Shown here one piece after another: positions 37,556 to 51,381 of a stretch of 64,000 nt of DNA (positions are counted from its first letter, which is position 1; the number at the start of each line of letters is the position of its first letter). A program made the translations under genes and the position numbers. The notes beneath the pieces are model-generated. The model searched no databases and was not told the origin of the DNA. It saw only the letters and a program-made list of their open reading frames with translations. The DNA is taken from the NCBI GenBank assembly GCA_028534125.1, contig CM052818.1:7380001-7444000 (forward strand), written 5' to 3'. This DNA is from Lama glama (taxonomy: Eukaryota).

Positions 37556-40500
37556 CAGCGCTGCACAGCCCCTCTCCCGTGGTCTTCCTCCAGGGAGCCC
37601 CCCTTGTTGGGAAACTTCGTGATTGATGAGGTGGGACCTCAGGGGACAGCCAGGGTGGGAGGTGGACTACTGAGGAAGTTGACACACAAAAAAAGCTTCC
37701 AAATGTTGCTTATGTTCGTGTAACTCAGGAACCTGCCCATTACTAGCATTTTCAACGTCTCCAGGCCTTGAACACAGAGAGGGATTATGGTTTCCCTCAT
37801 ATCTAAGGCCCAGAACCACTCCTCTGGGATTGACTGGCAGTGAGAACATCTCTTTGCTTCAGGGGAAACCCTCTCTCCAATCCCACCTGGAAAGGTACGG
37901 CCTGGCCCCGTGGTCCCAGCAAGGCAGCCGTCATAGTTCATAGAGCATTTCCCGACGTTCTTAGGAAATGTGTGGGATGTGGGCTTGTGCTGGTGTTGAG
38001 GTATGGGGGCCATGATTCAAAATACCATAGGACTGGTAGGAAAAGTCCAAATAGCCCAATAGAAATAAGCCCAAGGAAAATGACACACAGCTGCCTATCA
38101 GGATGCTGTGCACACAGTGAGTGGGAATAGAACTCTAGGTCACACACTCACACATACCCAAGCCATACATCACACGCACACACACAGATTTTAGCAGCTG
38201 GCATCATCACCCAGGCTGAAGACAAGAATAAGTTCCTTTAATTCTCAGATGCTCAGAAATGCATACCATTCCTTGTTTTGGTTTGGTTGGTTGTGGGGCA
38301 TCCATGAGACACTGAACTGGGAGAAGCCACATGGACAGGTAGTTCTGTGAGCCAGTCTTGGGCTGGAGAGGTCTCTGTTGGTGAGAGAAATCTGGGAGGC
38401 AGCAGCATAAAGAGGGAATTTCAGGCCCTGGGCACTGATGAGACAACCTAGGGAGGGTGTAGACCGAGGAAGACAGAGGCTGAGACCAAACCTTCGAGTT
38501 GCCCCAACGTTTGGTGTTGGGTGGTGCAGACTAAGGAGCCAGGGGCAGGGAGTGAGGAAAGAAACCAGCAGAGAAGCTGAGCTAGAAGCCAATCTAGGAC
38601 CCAAGAGGAGGGAATATTCAGGTCGAAAAGGGTTAGGACAAAAACCCGACCATTGGACTTGGGCAGCAGGGCAGTTGTTGGGAGCCTTGACAGAGGTCAT
38701 TTCAGGGGTGCTGTGAAGGCAAAGGCCTTGGCAGTGGGCAGAGGAGTCATTCTAGGAATTTGGGTATGATGGGGAACAGGGAGGTGGGGCTGAATCTGGG
38801 GATGTGAGAGAAGGGCAACTTTTCACTTTCATTTTTCACGCGGATGGGAATGATTTAGGAGAGAGAGAGGGGTATCAGGGCAGCAGAGAAAGAGGGGCCA
38901 CCCCAAGGAGTGAAGTCCCTGAGAAGATGAGGGGGCTTGTGCCCTGGGAGGGAGGAACAGGCATTTGGTAAGATGAGGGATATCCAACAGTTCATGTGAG
39001 AAGGAAGGAAATTAAAGTTTATTCAGCTTTGCTGGGAGAGAAAATATTTCTTGATTCTTTTCCTCCCAGGTGGTTTGTGTTTATGGGGTGAAGCTGGGAG
39101 AAATCTCCTTTAACAGCAAGTTTCCTGGCAATGGAATGGAAGCAATTCAAACTCCCCTGTCCCGAGCTAATCAGAATTTCAAAAGGCACATTTGGCTGTG
39201 CTGTATCACATCAGGACGGTATGGGTGAAGCGTGAGCCGTTTAGCACTATCTAGGTCGAACTTATTAAAATATAGGAATCTGAGTCTCTTTAATCCATGA
39301 GATGAAAACAAACATTTCCAGACAGCAGCAAGAGTACAAAGGAACATTCCATCAGTGCGACCCCCAAATCGTAGAGTTGTAGAAAAAGTACAGCAAGTGT
39401 CATAGTCAAACTGTCAAGGAAGCTAAAGCAACACCCGAATACTGTTTTTGTCTAACTTTATGAAATGGTGATCTAGTCTTTACCCCAGTCACTGACAGAA
39501 GAACAGCCAGTAACCCCTGGGAATGCACGTATTGACGATTGTGAAAGTGTGTTAGATAAAGGGCCCCTTGGACGCAGCACACAAGACATAGCCTGAGATA
39601 CAGCGCTGGAGGTGGACTGTTGGTGATGAAATCAGTATTCCAGAGAAGAAGAAGTTTGGATTTTCAAAACCTTATGATTCTTCTCAAAACTGGAGGAAGG
39701 GATATCCAAGGAGACAGAAAAAATGTAGGGAGAAATACATTATTTGAGTTGGTTCTTGAGTGCCCATCGTAAAGTAGGTACAGATATGCACTGCACAAAG
39801 GAAGGAAGGGAGAGGCGTCCCTGGGTTTAAGGAAACTAGGGAAAGTGCTTGGGCTCTTGCTTCATTGAGTAACCTCCCTTCAGAGCCCAACCTGCAGCTC
39901 CTCTTTCATTCACGTGGAGTTCCTTCAGCGTTTAAGCCTTTGATCCCTGTCATAGCTCCACTGTCTGTCTTTCTAGAGCTCTCTGGACATTTCCTGTTCT
40001 CTGAACACTGGCTGCCACTCATTGCCCCTCCTCCCCAACAGAGGATTCTTACTCTTAAATTTGCCTCCACAGCAATCATCACCTTCTTGAACACATTAAT
40101 TAACACTAGTTGAACTGAACCAAAAAACATGTCTGCTCTAGGCTAGGTAATGCTGCCCTACGGTGGAACCACAAACTCTGCTTTTTCTTTACCCTGTAAT
40201 CTCCATGTCCTCCTAAATTTGCATTAGACAGAGGGCCCAGAGAGAGCACGGGGGTCCAGTCTGCTCTCCTCGCCCTCTCTGCTCAGAACATGCTGTGCCA
40301 CCCGGGAGTTCCCACACCTCTCAAGTTTTCGACAAAGTTTCCGAGGCCCTGTGAAGGGTGGGAATGCGTGGAGAAGTCTGGGAGGGGCCCCTCGGCTGAG
40401 AGCCAGAAGGAGGTGAGAGTCTGCCAGCAAGCCCCAGAGGGTGACTCAGTGGGAAACAACTTTATGGAGAAGAGTGGTGTGTAGGGATGCAGCCAAAAGT

Positions 40501-41876
40501 GGCATGAGGAGAAGACGCCTTTGGCACATTATAAAGCTAACGTGGCGCGGTGGTTCAGTCAGCACGTCTCCCCTGTTGGGACTGATCTCTCCCAGCCCGG
40601 CTGCTGCTGGCACAGCAGCTCTGGGCCCTGGGGGGCTCTGCCTGTAAGGGGGCTCCTTCCTACCACTCTCCCAGTGACCTCCTCAACCATGACTAAGAGA
40701 GCAAAGGAAGTCTTTCCCCTTGGGAGCGACTGATATCTTGAGGGTACATGGTGACCACAAAAACAGTTTTGTTTGTGGTTTGGAATGTCATTCCGATGGC
40801 GAGGGTGCGTGTAATCCCGAGTATGCAGCAGCTTGCTTGCGGCTGAGTGGGGACAGATTACCAACTCTGTCGTGTGTTTCTAGGAAACACTGATACCCTT
40901 TTCTTTGGGGATTATTATTAGACCAAGATGTCACAGGAGGAAAACCCCAACCATGCTGGTGGCCTCAGCCCCATTCCCTGTTGGCCTGATCCTGGGGTAT
41001 CCAATAGCACCGACACTAGGCACTGTGCCCATTTGGAAGAGAGGCCTGGATACCTGTGGCTCTGGTGGCACTCGAGCATGACATTGGCTCCGTGTTGCCA
41101 GTGTCAACCACACACACACACAATACGACAACTCTGCCTAGCCCTCTGCACCAGTAGATAGTCTCATCCACAAGGAGTTGAGTGGGTCCCAGTCTAACTC
41201 ATAAAACCTATTTTACAATACTATTTTTAAAGAAGCCACAATTGCCAAGAAAGGACTGAAAGTTATTGCCTATTTGTATGTGGAGAGGAGAAGCGTGTGG
41301 AACAAGGGTGGGAGAAAGGCTGCTCAGTGTTTACCTTTTTAGATCTTTTTGAGTTTTGAACTACGTAAGCATATTGTGTGTATATATATTTTTTTTTAAA
41401 GAAGAAAAGAAAAAACCTCATTATCTCAGATAATTTCTTCTAGCCAAGAACTTCCAAACAGTGTTTCTTAAAGTTGCCTGGTGTACAGAATTCACAGTCC
41501 TAGGTTCTGTGTATCAAGGATGTGCCCTTGGACTCAAGGTGACCCCTCCCCAAAGGTCAGAGACTCCAACATGTCAAGCAGTGAGGGTGGGATAATGTTG
41601 TCTCCACTTGCCAGTAATCTCATGGCCTCTAGAAAGGTGTGAAATGGGATGAGATGACTTCCTGAATCCCTAGTCCTAAAGGACAACCCCAGAGAAACAG
41701 AAGTGTCTTTTGGAGACTGAGGTGAAGAATAATCGGCAAGAATCCCCATGCTTGACACACACACCCCATTTCCAACTGGAGACCGTCAGATGTGGTTTAT
41801 TTACCACCTGAGCCATGTGAGGCCATGTTGGAATCCGAGGCAGAAGGAAAGCTGTGCACCTCGTATGCATTTTTTA

Positions 41877-41980
41877 GGTTGGTTGGTTTGTTTGTTTATT
41901 TAATGGAGGTACTGAGGATTGAACCCAGGACCTCGTGCATGCTAGACATACACTCTACTACTGAGCTATACCCTCCCCCC
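41877..41980 (-). mobile_element. tRNA-derived SINE (Vic-1-like)
   Basis: ggaggtactgaggattgaacccaggacctcgtgcatgctag...ctgagctataccctcccc; perfect 11-bp TSD tgcatttttta (41866-41876, 41981-41991). Confidence 0.9.
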
Positions 41981-42287
41981 TGCATTTTTTAATTTCCCAG
42001 AACATTAAAGTAGTTGAAAAAAATACTGAAAGATTGAAAAATAGATACATTAAAACTCACATTATTTTAAGCTCGAATATTTGATTTATACCCAAATAGA
42101 ATTGACTAGGACTTTAGTTCTGCTTAATTAATAAAAAAATTACTTAGGATTGTCACTTAGTTAATAGAAATTGTCAAATAGGACAGTTCTCTCAATTGTG
42201 AACAAGAGACGCAAAGAAGTAGATTTGGAAGTATGTTTGGTGAGTTTGCTTCCACTAAAGCCAGGGGATCACATTTTTCTTTTTGCC

Positions 42288-42482
42288 TCAGGCTCCAGTA
42301 CGGCTCAGCCCCATGCTAGACTTAATTTGAAATTTTGATATTTTGTTCAGCATGAATTTTTTTGCATTAATTAATTTTTTAAAATATGGCATTAAAATAC
42401 TATTTTTCTTGATTACTGAGTTTTTTTGCCATCCCCTTGAATTTTGCACTGGAGGTGAGTGCTCCACCCTCATCCTGGCCTG
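42288..42482. mobile_element. MER96-like hAT MITE fragment
   Basis: ttgattactgagtttttttgccatccccttgaattttgcactggaggtgagtg...catcctggccctg-like terminus. Confidence 0.55.
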
Positions 42483-42757
42483 GTTAACCACAGTGGCCCA
42501 AAGGTGGCCCTATGGATTGCTTTCTAGACGGCTAATGTCACACTCGTATCTTCATTCAAATCCTGCCCTACCATCAACAGCCTCTCTCGTGTGTGTGACT
42601 GAGCAGCAACTTGCTCTCTGAGAACTTGTCTCTGCATCACATCCTCCTGATTTAAAGCACTAAGCCCTGGAACCAGCTTCAGTTATTCTTAAGTTTCACG
42701 TGTAAAGCTGTTCAGAGACTTGCCAGCCATTGTCCTTCAGCCTTTGGCTGGATGGAG

Positions 42758-42789
<32 letters not shown>

Positions 42790-43104
42790 TAATTCTCTTA
42801 ATCTCTTGCAAGGCCTTTAATCATTCATAATGCACTTGGCCTGATGCAGTTTGCTGAGGGAGGAAAGAGTAAGACCAACGATGCAAGAACTGCTAACACC
42901 CAACTCCTTCCAAGCCCCAGGTCCCCAACACCACCCCCATTCCTTCTCCTGATGCCTCCTTGGAAGAAAAGGCGTTATAGTGACTCTTTTTGATTTCCCC
43001 AGCTCACTCCCTCCTCCGCACCAGCCAGATGTTTTTCAGCTGGAAAAAGAGGGTGGGCAGTTGTTTCCTCTGTAAAGAGCTGCGGTATGAATATATTTTC
43101 CACA

Positions 43105-43115
43105 TGCTGACTCAT
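43105..43115 (-). promoter_or_regulatory. Consensus ARE/MARE site (NRF2/BACH/NF-E2 with small MAF)
   Basis: tgctgactcat is ATGAGTCAGCA on the minus strand, matching RTGASTCAGCA; motif match only. Confidence 0.4.
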
Positions 43116-46100
43116 GAGGCTGTCAGTGCCCTTGACTCCAGCACATGGTTCCAACTCCTTTGCTGACATTGAGGGTGGGGGTGAGAAGTGACTTCGATCT
43201 AGTAATTTAAGTTACTCCTTGCTTTGGTTTTCCCATTAGGAGAACACTTACTCCCTTCTGCAGGCAGGGGACAGACTCAGTGACCTCTCATAGTCTCTTC
43301 CAACCACAGGATTCCTTTGGGCTATTATTAGAATCGTCTGGACAGAGCTGCAGTGTGACATGAGGCTTCTAGGGTGTGCAGAACCAAATGAAAATGTTTG
43401 TGGATGTTCTGGGACACCAAACCATCTCTGACTGACTTTCTGACGTTATTCAGCCTTACTAGGGTTTTTTCTCTGAACATTTATTTCCGTTAAATGTCTC
43501 TGCTTATTTTCCTTAGTCTGTTCATTTCCTTAGCCTTTCTCTCATGTTTTCCATCTTGACTAGGTTCCACTTACATAAAGGCAGAGAAGCCTCATGCCTG
43601 CTGGTACCCACCACTCCCTCCCCTCCCATCCTCTAACTGAAGTGAATCCCAATGGCCAAACCCACCTGGGAGCAGAGCAGGGCACAAAAGGGCAGAGAGT
43701 GGACCTGGGGTGGCGGAGGGGATGAGGCAAACAGAAGAGAATGTTTGGGGTTTCAGAGGTGGAGTGAAAGGTAGCAGCCTGAGCTTGGGTGGGATCTGAA
43801 CCTCCCGGCTACACTGTCAGCTCCCGATACCTACTGGTTTGCGTGGCTGACCTCGGCAAAAGAGCCAAACAAATCTCCAGAATACTGGCCCTCAGCTGTT
43901 TCCAGGGATGGCAGTCCACTTCCAATTCCATCTAGAAAAGTGAGAAAGTGCAGGTCACCCAAGAAAGCTTTAGATTAATATACCTGGTACTTTGCTGCAA
44001 GGGGGTGAGGGTGATTTTGCATAGTCCCAGGGAACCAGGAGCACAGTCATAAAGAAGTCAAAACCTCTTTTTGGCCTTGCCCTTTGAGATGGACCACTGC
44101 AAATGTCAGAGAAGGGGGTATCTGGGGAATTAGGGACAGAAGGACACCTTGCTTCTCTTCAGGATCAAAAGTTTGCCAAGTAGGAAGATGAAGCATGCCA
44201 CCAAGTCCAGGAAGACATACTTTTCTCAGGGGAATGGTGAGCAAAATTTTATCTATAATCCACAAAAGGGAATGAGATGATTAAGTATACTAAAGATTTA
44301 TCAGCCGGTAGATCAGTGGTGCTCAACCCATGTACTGTGCTATCCATTCGTAGGTTTGCCACCACATTTTTATTAATACGTACAGTTTATTTTTGCTAAA
44401 ACACAGCGTGCATATTACTAGATTGCTATTTGGCAGATAAAACACTTTGTCAAGGGAATTTTCTAGTGTCACATCAAGTGGAGTACAATTCATTGCAATA
44501 AGAGGTACAAGTCATGCTATGGTAACAACCTAGAACAAAATGAAATTTGTGGATTTACTACAACAACACAGGCTAGAGTAACAGCAGTCAAAGGTTCAGG
44601 CCCTGGAGCCAGCTCCCTGGGTTCAAATCCTGACTTTTGCTAATACTACTCACCCTATAGATTGTTAGGAAGATCATAATATTTCTAACATGTTCAGAAC
44701 TTTCCTGGCACATAAATATTAGCATTATCTACTAGATTATACTATGTGTCACTCACTATTCACCCAATAAATATTGAGTATCTGTTATGTTTCAGGCATG
44801 ATGCTAAGCTCTGAGGATAAGTGGTAAGAAAAAAAAAAAAGACACCACTTGCCCGCATGGACTGAGAGAGAAACGTTAATTAATAATTATACAAATAATA
44901 TAAAATTGAAACTGTGATGAGTGGTGGTACTTGGACCCCTGAGAGCTGGTAATGACTATCTGGGGGACAGGCCTTTTTGAGGAAATGCATTTACATGCCA
45001 TTTGATTCATTCACCAGGTAAAGTTTCACTAAGTACAGATGGGAGGACAAAGACCAAGTCTATCTTTCTTATTATAAATCACGATATCATAGGCAGTTAA
45101 AGGCCTGGGCCAGAAAAATCCTTGAACGGGTTGTAGATTCTGTGGGGGAAGGTGACAGGTGGCCTGGACAAAGATGGCAATGAAAACAAAATTAAGTGGG
45201 ACAAACTGTCTCCCTTCTTGGAAGAAGGAAGGAGATGGACCCTACTGCCTGGATGGGCCACATCTACAGAAATGCAGTTAAGACCAGAGCAAATCCTCAG
45301 CAACATCATCTAGGTTCCGAGCAGGCATCGGAGGGAATGCAGAAGAGAAGCCTGGGTTCCCTGGGTCACGTCTGCTTTCTCTCTTGGGGTGTTTCACCGG
45401 GAGCAGGCGTGCTCTTTATGGTGCTGTAGGAATGAGGGTGCAGGCAGGGCCGTGTTGCGCAGCCCCATCTTCTTCAGCCATGAGCGGCTGTGAGTTAAAA
45501 TCCTCCCCAAACTGAGACCAGAGCCTGAACTCACATGCGATTCATTCGGTGAGCTTCTAGCTCCCAGCGAAGCCTCTGCAGAGCAGGGTGTGGCAGCCAG
45601 GAGAGAGCTTTTAGGTTGGAGGTAAACAGGGCTAGAATTAATAAAGAATTGACAGTGGGGGAGGAGGGCTGCGTATAGCAACTCCACCCCATCCCGTCTC
45701 CAGGTGCAGACCTGCTCTGAGAGGGGGCGATGTGGGCCGGCCGTGTAACTACGTAAACTGGTGAGCACAGACCGTCGGCATTTTAGCTGCTACTTACTAT
45801 TATTATTATCTTCTCTTATGCATAGAACTGAATAATTTCGCTTCATTTAAGATCTTGGGTAAATGCTTGTGGTGTCAGCTTTTTTATTTTTTGGAGAAGG
45901 GGGCACTTCTTACCTAACGGCTGATTCTTTCCCGGCCCCTAAGGCCTCAATCAATTGCTGGGCTCTCCTTGCCTTGGAGAGAAGCCGGACGGATGCCCCC
46001 AGACACCTCATTCTCCCACACACGGTCTGGCTCGTACCTCAGAATAATCATTCTGTCTGTCTCTCCTCTTGCCAAAGCTCTCAGGGCAAGAGAACTGTGA

Positions 46101-46814
46101 GAACTTGTCAGACTATAAACAATCAGCCAGAGGGGGCACTGCCCCTTCCTGGAGGAGGCTCCTGTCAAGGCTCCCTTAGCTCCTTGCAGGGAACCCCACC
46201 CGAGGAGAACCATCCCACCCTGGGTCCGCAGCAGGCTTACAGCCTTTAAAACCTACCCTCAGCTGGAAAAAAATTGTCAGGCAGCCAGAGGATAGCAAGT
46301 GAAATAATAAGGGCCTGAATATTACTATGTATCAGAGCAGTTTAAACACCTTGCATTCCTGTGGGAGCCCTCTGAGGTGAGCATGATTATTACCCCCATG
46401 TTACTGATGAAGAAACTGAGGCTGAAAGAGGTTAAGGACCTGGTCAGTGAACAGAGAAGGAATCTGACATATGCTGTGAGACTCTAGGGCTCATGCTGTC
46501 AGAGCTGTTTATCCTGCTTTCCCAAGAAACCTCTGAGGCCAGCTGTCCCCAGCTCTTCTTTCCCTTTTCCTGAGCAGCTGAGTGCACCTTAGTAGCTGGG
46601 GACTGCAGGGTGTTAAACAGGAGAACTGCACACACCTTATTTACTACCGAGCCTGGGCATGGTGGGCACGTAACACACACAAGCTTTCCCTACCCCCAGG
46701 TGCTTCTCGGCACCAGGCCTTCACTGTGGGTAACAGAGCCCATCCTTCATCCATCTTCTCCTTTAACCGAACTTGTGGCTGTTGGTGGGAGGTGGGTGAA
46801 AGAAGCATCCACTT

Positions 46815-47120
46815 AGCCATTCACCCAACAATACTGATAGAGCTCCCACCCCGCGCCAGGCTCAGGGCCAGACACCGGAGGGAAAGACAGACACAAAACC
46901 CCTCTCTTCTTGAAGCTGACAACATGGCCAGGGCTGAGAGACAAGCGCATTTCCTGGAGGATAGTGGGGGTTGGCACCTGGGTTGAGGATGGGGAGACAG
47001 GATGGAGCAGGGTGGTCCAAGAAGGCTTCCTGGGAGACAGTGCCTGAGCTGAATGCGGATGGGAAAGTAAGTGGAAGACATTCCCAGCAGAGGGAACAGC
47101 ACGTATAAACACACTGTGAT
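46815..47120 (-). mobile_element. L2 fragment
   Basis: cattcacccaacaatactgatagagc...gggtggtccaagaaggcttcctgggaga...gagctga...cattcccagcagagggaacagca. Confidence 0.65.
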
Positions 47121-47181
47121 GAGATAAATAAGAAGAAATGGGAAGCTATGAAGAAAGAAGAGCAACAAGGAATGGCTAGAC

Positions 47182-47267
47182 TAGTAGTTCTCAACAGGGG
47201 TGATTCTGTCCCCTGGGAGACATATGGCAACTTCTGGAAACAGTTTTCTTTTTTTTTTGCTTATCAC

Positions 47268-47303
<36 letters not shown>

Positions 47304-47429
47304 GCTACTGGCATCTAATGGGTGGAGGCCAGGGATGCTGCTAAATATCTTACAATGCACGGGACACCCCCACAACAAAGAATGATATCTGGCCCAAGAT
47401 GTCAATAGTGCTGACACTGAGAAATCCTG
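47182..47429 (+). mobile_element. MER20 hAT MITE containing (TG)n
   Basis: tagtagttctcaacaggggtgatt...tgctactggcatctaatgggtggaggccagggatgctgctaaa...tgtcaatagtgctgacactgagaaatcctg; degenerate 8-bp TSD ggctagac/gactagat. Confidence 0.9.
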
Positions 47430-47439
47430 GACTAGATCA

Positions 47440-49030
47440 ACAAACATAAAAACTTACTATAGCCCTTTGATAATTAAAAACTTCATAGCATATGAGTGGA
47501 TAGATAGACCAATGGAACAGTTTAGGAAGAATATAAGTACATTTAGCGTGTGTAAAGGTGGCATTCCAAATCCCATGACTCTTCAGTAAGTGGTGCTGAA
47601 ACTCTTAGGTAGCCATCAAGAAAAAAATTAAGTTGAAGCCACGCTTCACACCAAATACCAGAATAAACTCCAAATGGACTCAACATTTAAATGTTAACAA
47701 TAAAACCACACAGGTATCAAGAGCAAAGGTCATCAAATTCTTTTACAGTCTTAGGGTGGGAAAATCCTTCCTAATTATAACTCAAAAAACACAGGCTATA
47801 AAATAACAAATTGATAAATTGAGCTAATGAAAGTTAAAAAAAAATTAGACCTTGTGCATGCCAAACAAGCAAACTTGTATAAGCACAGTCAAAAACAAAT
47901 GAAAACCTGCAAAGAATATATGCAGCTCGGCAGGCAAAGGGCTAATCTCCTTAAATTATAAAGATATAAATGAATCTCTAAGAAAAGATCTGTAAAAATA
48001 TGAGCAAGGGATATAAAAAGATGACTCACTGAAAAAAAAATAAAATACAATGACTGTTAAACATGAAAAGATGTTCAACCTCCCTCATGATAAGAAAAAT
48101 GCAAATTAAAAGGGCTGAGATGGCCTTCGTGTTCTTTTAACCTAATAGCTTGGCAAAAAACCCAAGTTTGAAAATACATGGTTGGTTGTGAGAACACAGA
48201 CATTCCCATCCATTGTTGATGGGCAAGTCCACTAGTCCAGCCCTAAAAGGGCGATTTAACAATCTTTGTCAAAATAAATGCATATACCTTCTGACCCAGC
48301 AACCCTACATCTTAGAGCTGACCCTTCGGATAAATCTATTTGCATGCATATGAAGTAACATATGTATACGATTATAAACTGCAGCAAAAGATTAGAACCA
48401 ATTTAAATGCTCACTAATTGCGAACTGGTTAACTAAGTTAGGGGTCAGGAAACTCATTAAACTGGCCCTCTGCCTGCTTTTGTAGGGCCTGTCGCTAAGA
48501 TTCATTTTAACATTTTTTTAATGGTTGAAAAAAAATCAGAATTCTTTTCATGATACGTGACCATCATATAAAATTCTAATAGCGTCCACAAGTGAAGTCA
48601 TATGGAACACAGCCGGGTCCCTTTGTCTACACACCATCGGGGCTTCTTTTGCGCTAGAGCAGGGAGGGGAGTGGTTTCACAGAGACTGGATGGTCCACAA
48701 AACCTCAAATATTGACTGTCTGGTCCTTAACATAAACAGTTTGCCAGATTAGACTATATCCAAATAATTAAATACTACAGAGCTATGAAAAACAATGAGA
48801 AAGCTCTTCATGAATTGCTAAGGAAAGGTTTCTCAGATATTATTACTCAATTTTAAAAAAGCAAATGTAGAAAGTGTGAATTATATGTTATAATTTGGAT
48901 AAAAAAGGAAGGATATAGTTGCCAAAGAAAATGTGTGAATTGCATATAATCATTTGGGTAAAAAAAGGGAAGAATATGCATAAAAATTATGAAAAAGAAA
49001 TACAAGAAATTAGTAAAGAGTGGTGGTTGG
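47440..49030 (+). mobile_element. Old L1M ORF2 3' part and 3' UTR
   Basis: gatagaccaatggaacag, cttcacaccaaataccagaataaactccaaatgga, catgaaaagatgttcaacctc...aaatgcaaattaaaa, cttctgacccagcaa; degraded. Confidence 0.8.
48440..48750 (+). mobile_element. MER58B-like hAT MITE nested in L1
   Basis: aggggtcaggaaac...gcctgcttttgtagggcc...ggaacacagcc...cagagactggatggtccacaaaacctcaaatattgactgtctggtccttaac...gtttgcc. Confidence 0.75.
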
Positions 49031-51362
49031 GGGAGTAGGGTATTTTGTGTGTGTGTCTGGGTGTCTACTCAAAAAAATAAATTAAAAATTATTTTAAAAA
49101 ATACATTGTAACCAGATGAGAACATGGATTCAGGCCACTGTGAGTGCTTGGGCCTGGCGGGAACAGAGCTTGTGAGCAGGGCTGGGGGTGGGGAGAGGGT
49201 TGGAGAAGTCCATGGGGCCTGTAGGCTAGGCCAAAGAGTTTGCATCTTCACATATCCAAGGACAAGGAACAACAGGATCAATTTGTGCTTTAAAAAAATG
49301 AGATTCTGGAAAGCAGAAAAGGGTGTTTGGAAAAGGCTTAGGCCAGTAGAAAGAGAAGGAGGGGACTGGAGGTGGGGGATCAGTGGCTGCCTCTGGGGGA
49401 GGACCTGGGAGGCTGGGGACCAGGGGTGGAAGGGAGATTTACTTTTACTCTAAGTACTTCTGTCAGATTTCTGCATGTGCATTCATTTCCATGTGCATTT
49501 ATTTCCTATAGAAATCATTTTGTTTATTTTCAAAAGAAAAGCCCTTCAGACCAGGTGTGATGGGGCCTGAACTGTGGCAGTGGTGGTGGGTGGGGGTGGA
49601 GAGGAAGGGGAAAGGCAGACGTAGAGTTGTCAGGACTCCGTGGAAGTGGGGGTCATGGGCCTGGAACGGCACCCGTACCCCCAGGGACCTGAGGAACAGA
49701 TTAGAGTATATCCAAATAATTAGGGACCTCGTAGGGAGGAGGGCTGGAGGGTAGAAGGTTCACCTGCCTCTAGGTGATTTCCCTCTGACTTCCTGGGCCA
49801 CAACACAAACATCTCATAGGTACAAAACATCACTCAGACACTCGGGGCCTTTGATTCCACTTTGGCCGCAACAGGACATCTACAGCCTGGATATGATATA
49901 GGGGCAAGCCCCATGTTATGCAGACAATAAGGTCCAGCCAAGGTCACCAGGAATCCCCACCCCATCCCTTCCTCCCGACTCCTCCCTACCCTGCCAACCC
50001 TTTCTTTCCTTAATGCTCTAAAGGGAAGCTCCACACAACCAAGCTAGGATATTGGGCTCCTACACTCTTGTTAGGACTTCTCTGCATCATTTTCTTTTTA
50101 TTTGTATATGTTATACTTGCCCCAGTAACAGTGCACCATAAGCTCTTTGGAGGCAAAGACTTGAAGGTCTGTGTGACCTCACAGAGGCACACCATTTCTT
50201 TTCCAGATGGTAGGTACCCATGAATGTGCTGACTGGCTGATTGATGGGGACTCCCCAGTCGCCTTCTTAACAGCACTGCCAACACACCTGCCCTCTCAGC
50301 ACATCCACCTTCCAACTCGGCAGAGCCCAGCCTCCTGCCACAGAAAACTCCTGCTTGACCAAGAAGTCAGGGATCTGCTCAGTGTTCACCCCTCTTCAGT
50401 GGTTCTCCAGACTCAGCCTCCCTTTGCCCAGATGGTATCAGCCAAATAGAAACCCATAAGCCAAAAGCTGTCTTTCAGCAAGTGTTCTGTTTGGCCTCTT
50501 GCACTTGGAAGGGAACACAACAGTGAAAATGATAATAAGCAACAATGATCATCACTGTTTCAAAGGGACATCAGTGCCAGCAGCTCCAATGAGCCCTAGG
50601 GTGTCAGTCACTTTATCTGCAGAAAATGAAACTCACCTGCCTCTTCAGGTAGTAAGAGTGCTCCGAATGCTTAGAAAACTGCAAATTCCTTTAAAACGGC
50701 CACTTAATATTCATTGTTCATAAGAGCTCCGTGATCTCAGCAATCAGGATCCCAGTATGCTCCTGATGTATGTGAGGGTGTATACTCTCAGTGCAGTGAA
50801 ATTAAGCAGGTACTTACTGGCCACCTCAGCCCAGATCCCTGGACAGAAAATAAACCCACAACGCAGCTTCTCGGGGCCACTGATGCTGGATGGTCTCACC
50901 CAGAGACGGGGTAGGGCCTGGAATGAAGTGGCCTGGCATCAGGGTGGAAATCCTTCAGCTCTCTTCCCAGAGGGAAGGGCAGATGCTGGGCAGCTCACAA
51001 AGGAGCCTCACGGATCTTCCCTCCCCCCACCCCCACCTCCTGAGGGAGAAATGTCTTCTCCTTCCTGCCCCTCTGGGCAGAGCAGAAGTTGAAAAGGGCC
51101 ACTTGTTCCTAACAAGTTATAAATAGCTCAGCAACTGACAGCTCAATCTCCAGCCTCAGGCCTGGAAACTGCCTTCCACAGCCACACCCGGACAGTGTCC
51201 CAGTTAGCAGAAAAGCCAGGGACGATCTTCTGGTGGCCCTTTATGCTTGTGGCTTAAAGTGAAACAGCCCCTCCCCAGTCTCTGGGAAGGTGAGGACCTT
51301 ACTGCAGAAACAATTTTCCAGAAAGGGATGCAGCGTTAGAGCTCCCTGAATAACGTGGGGTC

Positions 51363-51381
51363 CAGCGCCACCTAGTGTCCA
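51363..51381 (-). promoter_or_regulatory. CTCF binding motif (strong)
   Basis: Minus strand TGGACACTAGGTGGCGCTG, one substitution from the core consensus CCACYAGRKGGCGC; lies in sequence I could not assign to a repeat. Confidence 0.65.

Noticed and set aside
46122..46142. CTCF-like gccagagggggcactg (a similar one near 45718)
   Set aside because: Only the 3' half of the core matches; expected by chance
50638..50840. Minus-strand splice-site pairs (donors near 50637 and 50817, acceptor near 50840)
   Set aside because: No sustained open frame or coherent exon chain; such motifs are frequent in non-coding DNA
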